DNA from: Eledone cirrhosa
Lineage: Eukaryota
Assembly (NCBI GenBank): GCA_964016885.1
Contig: OZ024740.1
Span: forward strand, 135,656,001 to 135,720,000
DNA: 64,000 nt
Reading direction: 5' to 3'
Position 1 is the first letter of the stretch. Every line of letters starts with the position of its first letter. A program made the position numbers and the translations under genes. Below are positions 25,190 through 38,681 of this stretch, one piece after another. The notes under the pieces were generated by a model. That model saw only the letters and a list, made by a program, of their open reading frames with translations, made no database searches and had not been told where the DNA came from.

Positions 25190-25760
25190 CTGTGGTCACC
25201 CCATAGTATCAAACTAACCACGGAACTTGAGACAATCCAACGAAGCTACACCAAGAGGATTGCATGATGAAGGAGATGAGCTACTGGGAGAGGCTAAAAG
25301 AACTGAAACTCTACTCCTTGGAACGAAGACGGGAGAGATACGCAGTGATATACATATGGAAAATCCTGGAGGGACGAGCGCCAAACTTTGGTATTGAGAG
25401 CGGGACCAACCCTCGAACAGGACGTCACTGTGTGGTGACAAAGGTCCCGTCTTCCACATCTAGAACAAGAAGCAGATATTGCAATAGACTGGTGTTCAAA
25501 GGCCCTCAACTCTTCAACAAACTGCCGAGGGATTTGAGAGATCTACATGGTGTGGCCGTGGATATTTTCAAGAAACTTCTCGACACCCTGTTATCCAGGA
25601 TCCCGCATGAGCCCACATCATGGTACAAAGGTAACCTAAGGGCAGCAGCAACGAACTCCCTCTTACATCAATGGCCAGCCAACACAGGCTGGAGATAGAA
25701 TGTGTAGCAACAAGGGCAGTGCCCAATCATGGTCTCAGTCGGAAGGCTGGAACATCTAAA
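25190..25760 (+). mobile_element. CR1-type LINE 3' fragment
   Basis: SYWERLKELKLYSLERRRERY, GPQLFNKLP; homologous to the end of the 33603-35660 ORF. Confidence 0.8.
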
Positions 25761-25944
25761 AGAGTATATATATATATTTAATATAGAAATGGCTTCAACA
25801 GGACTAGAACTGTTTCATTCGGAGGAAATCATCAGAAAAGACGACTGTCAATGTAATATGGTGGTATTTATACATTTTCTGGTGGTAGGGGAGGGTAGTA
25901 AATTGATGCTAAGTAGACAAACACATACACATTGACAGACTCAG

Positions 25945-26545
25945 ACTCAGAAGCTCCCGCGTCTTGCGACGCATGAGGCAATCATAGTGTTCCACCGCGT
26001 TCGGTCAGCAGCCAGTTGCACAGCGTCCCGCCATTGTCTGTTTGTCGCTCGCAGGTCCCTCTCAACAGTCTGGCACCAGTTCATTTTGGGTCGCCCTCTC
26101 CGTCTGCTTCCCTGCAGTCTCTCTGGGGGAAGTCTCAAAGCGTGCCCAAACCAGCCCAGGCGTCACTTGCAGATTGCAGAAGAGACCAGCTGCTGATTGG
26201 TGTGGTTCCTGACTTCCTGGTTTGTTACATGGTCACTCCATTTAATCCCCAGGCTCTTTCGCAGACACCTGGAATCGAATGCGTCCAACTTCTCTTGGCT
26301 GGTCTTAAGGTGCCATGTTTCACTTCCGTACAAGCATACGTGGCATGGTAGACCAGAAACTGAGAGAACAACAGGCAGGGTTCTGACCAAAACGTTCCTG
26401 TGCAGAGCAGATCTTTACGTTACGCCGCATCATTGAGAGGTACAACGAATTCCAGAGGCCCCTGCTGTCAGCTTCATCGATTTCTCCAAGGCATTCGATA
26501 GCATTGATCGACCGTCACACTGACAGGCACTCCTAATTTTCAAGA
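25945..26545 (-). mobile_element. RTE-type LINE 3' fragment
   Basis: LYGSETW, DAFDSRCLR..GIKWSDHVTN, RRRGRPK on the minus strand. Confidence 0.7.
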
Positions 26546-26651
26546 TTCATTTATTCCAAACAAAGGGTTTTCATTGAGTGGCAATATTAAAATGCTCTGC
26601 TAAAAGATATAAATATGTGTGTGTGTGTGTGTGTGTGTTTGTGTATGTGTG

Positions 26652-26682
<31 letters not shown>

Positions 26683-26776
26683 TTGTGTGTGTATATATAT
26701 ATATATATGTGTATGTGTGTTTGTGTATATATATATATATATATGTGTGCTTGTGGTCTTATATATATATATATAT

Positions 26777-28622
26777 AAGACCACAAGCAGGAGGAGAGTG
26801 ACTTGGTGGTGGAACAATAAGGTAGATGAGGCAGTTAAGGCCAAGAGACAGGCATGGAAAGAATGGAAGAACGGGGGAAGCAGGGTACATTATATAGAGA
26901 GTAAGAGGGAAGCTAAGCGACAAGTATACTTAGCTAGGAGGGAAGCAGAGGATAGAAAATTCAAGCATGTTTTGCAACGTGAGGACCAGAAACAGGTGTT
27001 CAAGATTGCGAGGCAGTGTGTCAGAGAGAGTTGTGATGTCATTGGAGAGAAGTGTATCCGGAATGATAAAGGTGATCTTGCCCTCACAAGTGCTGAGAAG
27101 AAAGATGCATGGAAGAGTCATTATGATAGATTACTAAATGAGGAGAATGCATGGGAAGAAGAGACCCTACCCCAAGTAGACCCTATAGAGGAGCCAGCAG
27201 TACAAGTCAGCAGCAACGTAGTAAGTAAGGCAATCAAAGATATGAAGATGGGGAAGGCAACCGGTCCATCGGGTATAGCTGCCGAGATGCTGAAGGCATC
27301 TGGGTCTGTAGGTCACACTATAACCACACGTATTGTTAACCAGGTAATACTAGAAGGTGTCATACCAAAAGATTGGTGCAGTAGCATCATTGTCAACTGC
27401 TACAAAGGTAAAGGTGATGCACTAGATAGAGGAAACTATAGAGGTATAAAGCTGATGGACCAGGTCATGAAAGTAACAGAAATAGTTATAGCACAGTTGA
27501 TTAGGGACCGGGTGAAAATAGACGAGATGCAATTTGGGTTTGTACCAGGAAGAGGCACCACTGATGCCCTCTTCCTTGTGAGGCAGCTACAGGAAAAGTA
27601 CCTAACTAAAAGTAAGCCACTCTACTTGGCATTCGTCGATCTCGAGAAAGCCTTTGACAGAGTTCCACGTGCTGTAATCTGGTGGGCTCTTAGAAAACTA
27701 GGAGTAGATGAATGGCTTGTGAAAGCGGTACAAGCCATGTATAGGGGAGCAGTCAGCAAAGTTAGGATTAGCAATGAGTATAGCGAGGAATTTAGCGTAC
27801 AGGTTGGGGTTCACCAGGGCTCTGTTCTTAGCCCCCTCCTGTTCATCATAGTTCTGCAGGCAATAACGGAGGAGTTTAAGACCGGATGCCCATGGGAACT
27901 CCTGTATGCTGATGACCTCGCACTTATAGCTGAATCTATGGTAGAACTAGAGAATAAATTCCAAACTTGGAAGCAGGGACTAGAAAGAAAGTCAATATGA
28001 CAAAGACTAAGGTCCTTGTAAGTAGACGAGGAAACAGAACCCAGATCCCCTCAGGGAAATGGCCTTGCTCAGTATATAGGAAAGGTGTAGGTAGGAACTC
28101 CATTCTCTGCCCCAAATGCAAACAATGGGTACACAAGAGATGTAGCTGGATCTCAGGAAGCTGGATCTCACTAGAAGTCGATGGAAACCGCGGAGTGGGG
28201 AGACCCAAGATGACCTGGGATGAGGTGATAAAAGCCGACCTTACCCAATTATACCTCTCCAAGGCGATGACACACGACCGTGACCTCTGGCGTCACGCAG
28301 TAATACAGAGTACCCGACCTCCCATGGGTACAAGCTGAAGCATATAGACAATATGCCCCCACACCCTCCCACTGCAAGGTGGTCGTGGAGGTGCCACGGC
28401 AAAAAAGCACCCAGCCCACACTGTAAAGTGGACGTGTAGGCGCCACGAAAAAGCACCCAGCACTCACTGTAAATGAGGTTGGTGTTAGGAAGAGCATCCA
28501 GCCAAATCAGTTCCTGTATGAGCAAGGCATGGTCAGCCGACCAGACACTGCCCACAACAGGACAACCCGTTTAACCCATGCTAGCGTGGAAGAACGGACG
28601 TAAAACGGTGATGATGATGATG
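26777..28622 (+). mobile_element. RTE-type LINE, 5'-truncated, RT open to 28000 then frameshift/deletion
   Basis: WWWNNKVDEAVK, GNYRGIKL, QFGFVPGRGTTDA, FVDLEKAFDRV, GVHQGSVLSPLLF, LYADDL; SINE-like 3' UTR and (gat)n tail. The N-terminus of the listed ORF (26615-26776) is only microsatellite. Confidence 0.92.
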
Positions 28623-28644
28623 ATATATATATGTGTGTGTGTGC

Positions 28645-29644
28645 GCAAATTTCAATAATATTAAGACACCCTTAATGGGGGTTAAACGCCCAATAGTGAA
28701 AAGTTTAGCCAACAAATGGAACAAGATTTTACGAACTCCTCCTATGGTTTTGGAGATAGACCCCCATAACCATATATATTCTGAAACTACATTGCCCAGG
28801 GTACTTGTATAAGTATATTTCATTTTAATCAAAGGGTTCATCGGGGGCACAAAACCACCGCTGAAACTTTACCTTCGATTTATATGAAATTTAAACCATA
28901 GGTAAATGACAAGATATGATGCCTATTCACAAAATTTCAGCAAATTTCAATAAAATTAAAATACCCTAATGGGGGTTAAACCCCCTATTAGGGTTCACCG
29001 GTGGCACAAACCCCTGCTGAAAATGTTTTCCCTTCGATTTATATGCAATTTAAACCATAGGTAAACGACAAGATATGATGCTTAATCACATCATTTCAGC
29101 AAATTTAAAAAAAATTACAATACCCTATTGGGGGTTAAACCCCCTATTAGGGTTCACCAGGGGGCACAAAATCTCCGCTGAAAATTTTTTCGGTTCGATT
29201 TATATGCAATTTAAACCATAGATAAATGAAGAGATATGATGCCTATTCACAAAATTTCAATACTATAAGACATCTTAATGGTGGTTAAACCCCCTATTAG
29301 GGTTCCCCGGGGGTACAAACCCCCGCTGAAAACTTTTCCCTTTCGATTTATATGAAACTTAAACCATAGGTAAATGACAAGATATGATGCCTATTCACAA
29401 AAGTTTTCAATTGATATTTTGAAAAAAATTATTTACAAGAAACAAAATAAGAATAAGATTTAATAATGCAATTTTGATTTGATATATTACAAAAAATGAT
29501 GTTTTCCAATTTTTCATGCATTATATTTTACATTGAGTAATATTGAGTTTTTCTCCATAAATTATATCACTGATTTAAAATCAATCATCATTTTCTTACA
29601 AAAAAAATGTGTGAAACGCAGCAAGGCGCTGGTAATTTGGCTAG
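28645..29644 (+). mobile_element. Non-autonomous Helitron-like element with internal ~150 bp tandem repeats
   Basis: About 4 units containing the palindrome ccctaatgggggtt-a-aaccccctattaggg; 3' end has GC-rich hairpin-like 'gcagcaaggcgctg' followed by CTAG|T at 29641-29645. Confidence 0.6.
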
Positions 29645-29683
29645 TATATATATGTGAGTGTGTGTATATATATATGTGTGTGT

Positions 29684-30660
29684 GCTCATTATGTAGGAGA
29701 GGTGTAGGTAGAAACTCCATCCTCTGCCCCATATGCAAACTATGGGTACACAAGAGATGTAGTGGGATCTCAGGAAGTTTAGTTAAGAATGTAGGCTTTA
29801 CGTGTAGCAGTTGCACCAGGACAGTAAGCAGCAAACAATCACTGAAAACATGTGACATCAAAGTCTGGGAGGACTTGGTAAAAACAATACCGAATTAGCA
29901 GCGGAGGGGGGGGGGGGTTCTGGAAGAAGTTGAGGGAGCTACTGCTACAGCTGGATACAAAAGGTTTTTCCCTCAGAATAAAAGGTAGACTGTATGATGT
30001 GTGCATATGAACGGCAATGTTGCATGGTAGTGAGAGCTGAGCGCTGTGTGTAGAAGACTTGCGTAGATTAGAAAGGAATGAAGCTTGTATGCTCCGAAGG
30101 ATGTGTAATAGTAATATACGCGAACAGCAAAGCATAAACAAACTGAAAGAGAAACTAGGCATAAGAGGAATCAAATGTTGCGTGCAGGAGAAGAGATTAT
30201 GTTGGTATGGACATGTGATTCGTATGAAGGATGACAGCTACATAAAGTCCCAGAAAGACTTGAGATGAAGTGATAAAAGCCGACCTTGCCCAATTGCACC
30301 TCTGAAAGGCAATGACACAGGACCAAGATCTCTGGCGTTATGAGGTAATACAGAAACCCCAACTTCCCACGGGCCCAGGCCAAGGCTGAAACATACATAC
30401 AGTATGCACCACTCCATCCCACCCGCCAATATATCTTTCATGAGAACAGGCCGAAACACTGTAAAGTGGTCGTGATGGTGACACGGTAAAAAACACCCAG
30501 TCCACACTGTAAAGTAGTCGTGGAGGAATCACAACAGAAAACACCCAGTACTCACTGTAAATGAGCTTGGCATTAGGAAGGGCATCCAGCTGTAGAAACT
30601 AAGCCAAAATCAGTTCTTTATTAAGAAGACATGGTCACCTGACCTAACATTGCCAACAAT
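29684..30660 (+). mobile_element. RTE-type LINE 3' fragment
   Basis: GVGRNSILC..C..WVHKRC, RRLERNEACMLRRMC, RLCWYGHV; same family as 26777-28622. Confidence 0.8.
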
Positions 30661-30664
30661 AGAA

Positions 30665-31047
30665 GGCACATGGCTCAGTGGTTAGAGCATTGGGCTTGCA
30701 ATTGAAAGGTTGTGAGTTTAATTCTCGGACCGTGTGATGTGTTGTTTCCTTGAGCAAGACACTTTATTTCACATTGCTCCAGTTTACTCAGCTGTAGAAA
30801 TGAGATGATAGGACTGGGGTCCCTATTATTCCACTGCAAAGTGGTCGTGGAGGTGCCATGGCAAAAAAAAAAAAAAACACCCAGCACTCACTGTAAATGA
30901 GGTTGGTGTTAGGAAGGGCATCCAGCTGTAGAAATCAAGACAGAATCAGTTCTTGTATGAGCAAGACAAGGTCAGCCGACCGGACACTGCCCACACCAGG
31001 ACAGCCCATGCTAGCGTAGAAGAACTGACATAAAATGATGATGATGA
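30665..31047 (+). mobile_element. tRNA-derived SINE
   Basis: Same family as 5189-5555. Confidence 0.88.
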
Positions 31048-31117
31048 AATATAACAGAGTTTTATAGCTTGCTTGAAGCATTGATGAATAGGAAACACAA
31101 ATTTAAATTTTGAAAAA

Positions 31118-31452
31118 CCAAGTTGAGGGCCTTTGAACCCCAGGCTATTGCAATAGCTGCTCCTGATTCTAGATGTGGAAGATGGGACCTTTGGTACCAC
31201 ACAGTGACGTCCTGTTCGAGAATTGGTCCAGCTCTCAATGCGAAAGTTTGGTCTTAGTCCCCCCAGGATTTTCCATATGTATATCATTGCATATCTCTCC
31301 TGTCTTCATTCCGAGGAATAGAGTTTCAGTTCTTTTAGACTCTCCCAGTAGTTTATCTCCTTCATCGTGGCAACCTTCTTGGTGTAGCTTCATTGGATTG
31401 CTTCAAGCTACATGGTTAGTTTGATACTATGGGGTGACCACAGCTGGGAGCA
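31118..31452 (-). mobile_element. CR1-type LINE 3' fragment
   Basis: IYIWKIL..PNF..RTGRHCVV..GFKGPQL; reverse-strand homolog of 25190-25510. Confidence 0.75.
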
Positions 31453-31818
31453 TTCATCATCATTTCATTTTACATCTACTTTTTCCCTGCTTGCAAGGGT
31501 GGGACGGGAACTGATTCTGGCTTGATTTCTACAGCTGGATGCCCTTCCTAACACCAACCTCATTTACAGTGAGTGCTGGGTGCTTTTTTCCCATGGCACC
31601 TCCACATCCACTTTACAGTGTGTGCTGGTTGATTTTTTGCCGTGGCACCTCCACGACCACTTTGCAGTGGAATGATAGGGACCCCAGTCCAATCATCTCA
31701 TTTCTACAGCTGAGTAAACTGGAGCAATGTGAAATAAAGTGTCTTGCTCAAGGAAACAACACATCACCCGGTGTGAGAATTGAATTCACAACCTTTCGAT
31801 TGCAAAGCCAATGCTCTC
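31453..31818 (-). mobile_element. tRNA-derived SINE
   Basis: Reverse complement of 10727-11071. Confidence 0.88.
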
Positions 31819-31819
31819 A

Positions 31820-31862
<43 letters not shown>

Positions 31863-31883
31863 TATATATATAAACTAATATAT

Positions 31884-31919
<36 letters not shown>

Positions 31920-31920
<1 letters not shown>

Positions 31921-32495
31921 ATAATAATACATATGAAGACTAAAATCCAAAGAGAGCTCGATAAGGATAAATATATATCAAATGTATAAGAACCGTAGAG
32001 CAAATATTTATTAAAATAACAGATTAAAGTTTAAGCAAAGAATCGGCTGCTTTCACCCTTAATGGGATCTTCTGAAACTAAAAAAAAAATCAATCTGTGA
32101 ACGCAGAAGTAAATATTTCGAAAAATGTTGCAACCGAAGGAAGACAGGAAGGCGATACTTTGGTTCGTGGAGACGTAGTTTTAGATATTTCTTCCTGCTT
32201 GGTACGGGTATGTTCTTTGTAGAAATATTCAGATGTTGTTTCTGCATGATGAATATAAGTCAATAGAGTACTCAATCAAGGGAGCCAAATAGTAATAATA
32301 ATAAATTTGAAGACTAACATCCAAAGAGGGCTCGATGAGGATAAATATATATCAAATATATAAGAACCGTAGAGCAAATATTTATTAAAATAACAGATTA
32401 AAATTTAAGCAAAGAATTGGCTGCTTTCACCCTTAATGGGATCTTCTGAAACTAAAAAAAAAAATCAATCTGTGAACGCAGAAGTAAATATTTCT
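31920..32495 (-). mobile_element. Penelope-like 5' remnant with two ~200 bp direct repeats (pseudo-LTR-like, period ~372 bp)
   Basis: STKNIPVPSRKKY N-terminal motif between the repeats; each repeat has degenerate hammerhead-like CAGAAGA-TCCC..GGGT-GAAA. Confidence 0.5.
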
Positions 32496-33563
32496 AAGCC
32501 GACCTTTCCCAATTGCACCTCTCAAGGGCAATGACACACGACCATGACCTCTGGCGTCACACAGTAATACAGAAGACCCGACTTTCCACAGGAACATATA
32601 GACAATATTTGTTTTCCTTTGTTTTTTTATGTCCTATCAACTAATCCGACCTCCAAAATGCTTGCAATTGACTATTTTTTTAGCATATTAACAAAAAATA
32701 TGATTTCCACTTTGTGAATGGTTTTTCCACCCACTTTCTGCCTTCATTTTTCTACAAAGCTAATCATTGATGATAGGTTTCAAAGTTATATTCATTCATA
32801 ATATGTGAAAAAAATAGTCAACTGCGAGCATTGGTGTGATGTAAATGGTAGGAGTAGGTGTTCTGTAATAAATTTACCATATGGTGAAGTATGGTTATGG
32901 TGAAGTATATGGTGTGGATTGGGGTAGATTAATGTGCTGTGGTGTGCTTTGTTATAAGTGAGGATTTAAATTTCCACATTGATTTATGTTAGAAAAAAAA
33001 TTTTTCCTTCATTTTTGCATGTGCTATCAACTTCCAAGAAGCTCGCAGTGGACTATGCTTTTAGCATATTAACAAAAAATATGACTTCTGCTGCAATAAA
33101 AAATGGCTAGCTTTGTAAATGGTATTTCCACCCACATCCTCCCTCTTTTTTCTACAAAGCTAGTCATTTTCATCAGGTTTCCATGTCATAACCATTGATA
33201 ATATGTGCAGAAAATAGTAATTTGCGAGCACCTTTTATGTCAAATTGTGTGGTAAGCATAAAAAAAAAAAAAAAAAATGCCAAATGAAAATTTGTTACAC
33301 CAAAATCAATAGCTTGGTATGATGTAGTATGGTGTGGTTTGGTGAAGTTTCTACAAAGATAGTCATTTTCGACAGGCTTCCATGTCAGAATTATTGATAT
33401 GTGAAAAAAAAAGTAAATTGGGAGCACCTTTAATGTCAGATTGGGTAGTAAGCACACAGAAAAAAAAAAAAATGAAACGGGGAAAAAAATGTTTCACACA
33501 AAGATCAATAGCTTGGTGCGATGTAGTATGGTTTAACTTGGTATGGTGTGGTTTGGTTTGGTT

Positions 33564-36500
33564 TTTCATTTCATTTCATTTCATTTGAGTTTGAGTCCAT
33601 GCTCAGGCCAAGTCGAAGACTCCACCCTCAGAGTCTGGTGTGGTTGCCAGGCTGGATTCTCTGTTTAATTTTGACATGTGTAGGAGCGAGTTTGAGTCAG
33701 TTTGTGCTCGTTGTGTATATCCTGGGAGATGGGGTTCATCTCTAATGGTGCTTAAGTATCTATCCAGCTGCAATTTGAATGATTCCACACTGCATCCTGA
33801 TAGATTTCTGACATGTACCGGAATGGAGTTGAATAGTTGTGCCCCTCGAACCAACAGACTTGACTCTCGCAGGGTTTTTGCTGCCTGGCCAGCCCTTTTG
33901 TTGATTGGTGGTAGCTGGCAGCATCTTCCGTGGCGCAGTGAGTGGTAGGTTTCGATACCAAAGTTTGGCACCTTTTGCTCTATCATTTTCCAAATGTATA
34001 TAATTCGGTATCGCTCAAATCTTCTTTCTATTGAGTACATCTTCAAGGTTTTGAGTCTTTGCCAATAGTCCAGGTCCCTCGTTTCTGAGAAGTATGAGGT
34101 AAAATTTCTTTGGAGCGATTCCATCTTAGATAGTTGGCCCTTTGTTGTTGGTGACCACAACTGAGAACTGTAGTCAATCCTCGGAAGTATCATACTGTTC
34201 CAGAGGGTTTTCATTGTTGAGGTATCTCTTGATTTGAAGGTGCGCAAGATCCACCCGCTGTACTTTCTTGCAGTAAGACAGACTGAGTCAAGGTGTTCTC
34301 TGAATTTTAGGCTGGTTCCCATGTGGATGCCTAAATCTTTCACACACTGTTTTTTCATTATTTGTTGTCCTGATGGGTTTCTGTAGTTTGTTGTATTTTT
34401 CAGATCTTGATCTGTTCTGTAGCGAATTAGTTCAAACTTCTTATCATTGAACAACATGTTGTTTGTTTCCTGCCATTTGTATATGGTGGTTAGGTCCTTT
34501 TGTAAGGCCTCTGTATCCACCTCGTCTTTGATTTGTTTCATGACCCTGGTGTCATCAGCAAAGGATGAGACGTTGCTGGTTGTATCTTCATCTATATCAG
34601 AGATGAGGATGAGAAACAGGATCGGGCCGAGTACTGTACCCTGAGGAACACTGCTGGTCACAGGTGATGGTGTTGAATGGGTTCCATTCACAGCGACTGT
34701 TTGAGTTCTATTTGTAAGGAACTCATGTATCCATGTACCAACTTTTCCTCCTACTCCTAGCTTTCGAAGTTTGTGTCCCAGGATGCCATGATCTACCTTG
34801 TCAAATGCCTTGGCAAAGTCGAGGTAAATAACATTTGTGTTGTATCCATTCTCTAGATTTTCTAGGATTTGGTCATGGTGTGCCAGTAGTTGGGAAAGAC
34901 ATGATCTACCTAACCTGAATCCATGCTGATTGCAATTCATCAGATTGTTGGATTCCAGGAACTCAACCAGTTTTCCACGAACTATTCTTTCGAAGACCTT
35001 GATAATGTGTGATGTCAGTGAGATTGGTCGGTAGTTCTTTGGTTTTGATTTGCTGTCCCCTTTATGTATTGGAGTTATGTGTGCTTCTTTATATGTATTT
35101 GGTATTTTGCCATTCTCCATAGATTCCTTCCATATCATGTAAAGGGGTTTCAACAATTGTACCTTGCAGTTTTTAAGTATCATGGCATTGAAACCATCAG
35201 GCCTCGCAGGTGAGTGCATGGAGAGCTTGTCTATGGCTCTTTCTATGTCTTCTGGGTTGAAATCAATGTCGGATAGGGTAGGTTTAGTATGGTCGATATC
35301 CTTGAAGAATTCTCCTGGGTCATGGATCTTCATGGTTTTAGATGGCTCACTGAAGACACTTTCATACTGTTGACCCAACATTTCTGCCATTTCAAAAGGG
35401 TTATTCACTACATCCCCATTTTGTCTCTGGAGAGGTCCTATTGTTGACTTGGTATTCGAGTATTTCTTTGCAAAACTGTAGAAACATTTTGGATTTTTCT
35501 TGATGTTTTCTATGGCTCTCTTTTCTGCATTGTTACGTTCTTCATCATAGTGTTGTTTTAGATTGTCTTCTAATCTGTATATTTGGTCAAGGACTTTCTG
35601 TAGTTCATGTTTTGATGTCAGCTTAGATGTTTTGTTTCTTAGTCTTGACCTTTTGCACATCAGGATCTTTCACTCCCGTGGTACAGGTTTTTTTGTGGAT
35701 TTGGTTTTTCTTAAGAGGAATATTTTTTCCACATATTTCTTCGATCTTGTTTAAGAATTTCTTGTGTTTATCTGGCCCAGTAAGGTAGAGATCAATGATT
35801 TGTAATTGGTTGTTAATAGTTTCCCAATTTGCCTGGTGATAATCATACCTGCATAGAGTTGTGGCATTGGTCTCATTACCAATGTGTAAATGCATTTCAA
35901 TAATATTGTGGTCTGAAAGGATTGTTGGGGTTGAGTGAAGGTCAAATAGCGTGTCCTCGTTGTTGGTGAAAACCAAGTCGATCGTATTATTATTTCTAGT
36001 TGCTTCTGTCATCATTTGTTTGAGGTATAATTTCTCTGTGACTTCCAACAGTTTGGCTGCCTGTATTTGTTCAGCTTTTGTCCCCAGTTTTAGTATGTGT
36101 CCATGTGGCCAGATGATGTTAGGGAAGTTGAAGTCACCAAGGAGGATAATGTCTGGCATTGGACTCGCCATGTTTCCCAGAATTTGTTGGAGCTTTGTCA
36201 GTGGCTCAGTGAAAGATAATGTTGGGCTGTTTGGCGGTCTGTACATTATTGTTACAACTGTATTAAGTTGGATGATTTTTATGCAAAGCAGGTTGCAGTA
36301 GGCATTTGATTCATTGACAAGTTCTATGCATGCATAGGTATCATGGATATACATGATAACGCCCCCATGGGATCTGCCTTGTCTATCACATCTGAAGATC
36401 TTGAATCCATTGATTGAGATTTCGCTGTTGCGGATGTTTTCGTTGAGATGACTTTCAGTAATTCCAATTATTTTGGAGTTGTTTTCTTTTGCTAATTCAT

Positions 36501-36815
36501 CCAAGAAAGGGACTTTACACTGTTTTGTTTTCGGATAAAGACCCTGGATATTTGCTGTTATTATGCTTGTTGTACCGGATACATCTGCCCTATTGTTGGC
36601 AAGACTGTTGTAGTTGCTGGGACTGTGCTGACTGGATATTCGGTCTGCTGGGCTGTCTGTATTTGTTGTATGTGCCCTGTAAGTCCAGGTGTCAGCCTTT
36701 GTATCAATGTTGCCTGGTTTTGCTGAGTCATCTGTATGGAGTACAGCTGTTGTTGTAGTTGGTAGATTATGCCTAAAAAACTGCTTTCATTCATTACTGT
36801 ATCGAATTTCTGCGA
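33564..36815 (-). mobile_element. CR1/L2-group LINE, nearly complete ORF2, inserted into the foldback array
   Basis: EN 35623-36504 (IGITESHL, YRPP, LLGDFN, SDHN); RT 33603-35660 (YLDFAKAFDKV, VPQGTVLGP, FADDT); (TGAAA)n tail at 33564-33587; flanks rejoin to the sequence at ~37690-37720. Confidence 0.93.
33603..36504 (-). pseudogene. LINE ORF2 (endonuclease + RT) split by a frameshift near 35640
   Basis: Two overlapping ORFs of 293 aa and 685 aa. Confidence 0.88.
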
Positions 36816-38681
36816 GTGAAGTTATGAAATGGAAACCAATTGTAAACGATAGATTCCCATGTCATATTCATTGATAATGTGTGGGAAAATAGTCATTTGC
36901 AATCACCTTTAATGTTAGTTTGAGGTGGTAACCACAAAAAAAAAAAAAGAAGGTAGCAAATTTGTCACATTAATGTCCATGTTATGTAAATGGTAGGAGT
37001 AGGTATTCTGTAATAAATTACCATATAGTGAAGTATGGTTATGGTGAAGTATATGGTGTGGATTGGGGTAGATTAATGTGCTGTGGTGTGCTTTGTTATA
37101 AGTGAGGATTTAAATTTCCACTTCGATTTATGTTAGAAAAAAAATTTTTCCTTCATTTTTGCATGTGCTATCAACTTCCAAGATGCTCGCATTGGACTAT
37201 GCTTTTAGCATATTAACAAAAAATATGACTTCTGCTGCAATAAAAAATGGCTAGCTTTGTAAATGGTATTTCCACCCACATCCTCCCTCTTTTTTCTACA
37301 AAGCTAGTCATTTTCATCAGGTTTCCATGTCATAACCATTGATAATATGTGCATAAAATAGTAATTTGCGAGCACCTTTTATGTCAAATTGTGTGGTAAA
37401 CACAAAAAAAAAAAAAAATGCCAAATGAAAATTTGTCACACCAAAATCAATATCTTGGTGTGATGTAGTATGGTGTGGTTTGGTGAAGTTTCTACAAAGA
37501 TAATAATTGTCGACAGGTTTCCATGTCATAATTATTGATATGTGAAAAAAAAAAAAGTAAATTGGGAGCACCTTTAATGTCAGATTGGGTGGTAAGCACA
37601 CACACAAAAAAAAAGGAAACGGGAAGAGAATGTTTCACACCAAGATCAATAGCTTGGTGTGATGTAGTATGGTGTAACTTGGTATGGTGTGGTTTGGTTT
37701 GGTGAAGTTATGAAATGGAAACCAATTGTAAACGATAGATTCCCATGTCATATTCATTGATAATGTGGGAAAATAGTCATTTGCAAGCACCTTTGATGTT
37801 AGTTTGGGTGGTAACCACAAAAAAAAAAAAAAAGCAGGTAGCAAATTTGTCACATTGATGTCCATACCATGGTGTGATGTAAATGATAGGAGTAGGCGTT
37901 CTGTAATAAAATTGCCATAATATGGTGCTGTTTGATATGGTGTGGTTTGGAGTAGATTAATGTGCTGTGGTGTGCTTTGTTATAAGTAAGGAATTAAATT
38001 TCCACTTTGATTTATGTAAGAAAAAAAATGTTTTCCTTCACTTTTGCATGTGCTATCAACTAATACAACTTCCAAGATGCTCGCAGTGGACTATGCTTTT
38101 AGCATATTAACAAAAAATATGACTTTGGCTGCAATAAAAAATGACTAGCTTTGTAAATGGTATTTCCACCCACATCCTCCCTCTTTTTTCTACAAAGCTA
38201 GTCATTTTCAACAGTTTTCCATGTCATAATTATTGATAATATGTGCGAAAAATAGTCAATTGCTGCACCTTTGATGTCAGATTGGTTGGTAAGAACACAC
38301 AAAAAAAAAAAGAAACAGGAAGAAATTTTTCACACTGAGATCAAAAGCATGGTGTGATGTAGAATGGTATAGTTTGTTATGGTGTGGTTTGGATTGTTGA
38401 AGTTATGACATGGGAACCTATTGCAAATGATAGGTTTCCATGTTATATCCATTGGTAATGTGTAAAAAAATAGTCATTTGTGAGCACCTTTGATATCAGA
38501 TTGGGTGGTAAGCACACACACACACAGAAAAAAAAAAAACAGGAAGAAAAATGTTCTCACTGAGATTAATAGCATGGTGTGATGTAGTATGGTGTAGTTT
38601 GGTATGGTGTAGTTTGATGTAGTTTAATGTGATATGGTTTTCCAACCTCCAACATGCTCACAGCCGACTATGCTTTTACCA

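Noticed and set aside
26571-26844. Cys/Tyr/His-rich ORFs (also 54361-54961, 55905-56233, 21622-21867)
   Set aside because: Translations of (TA)n, (CA)n and pentamer microsatellites
36561-36794. Q-rich 77 aa ORF as an independent gene
   Set aside because: Directly upstream of and co-oriented with LINE ORF2; most likely the truncated end of that LINE's ORF1
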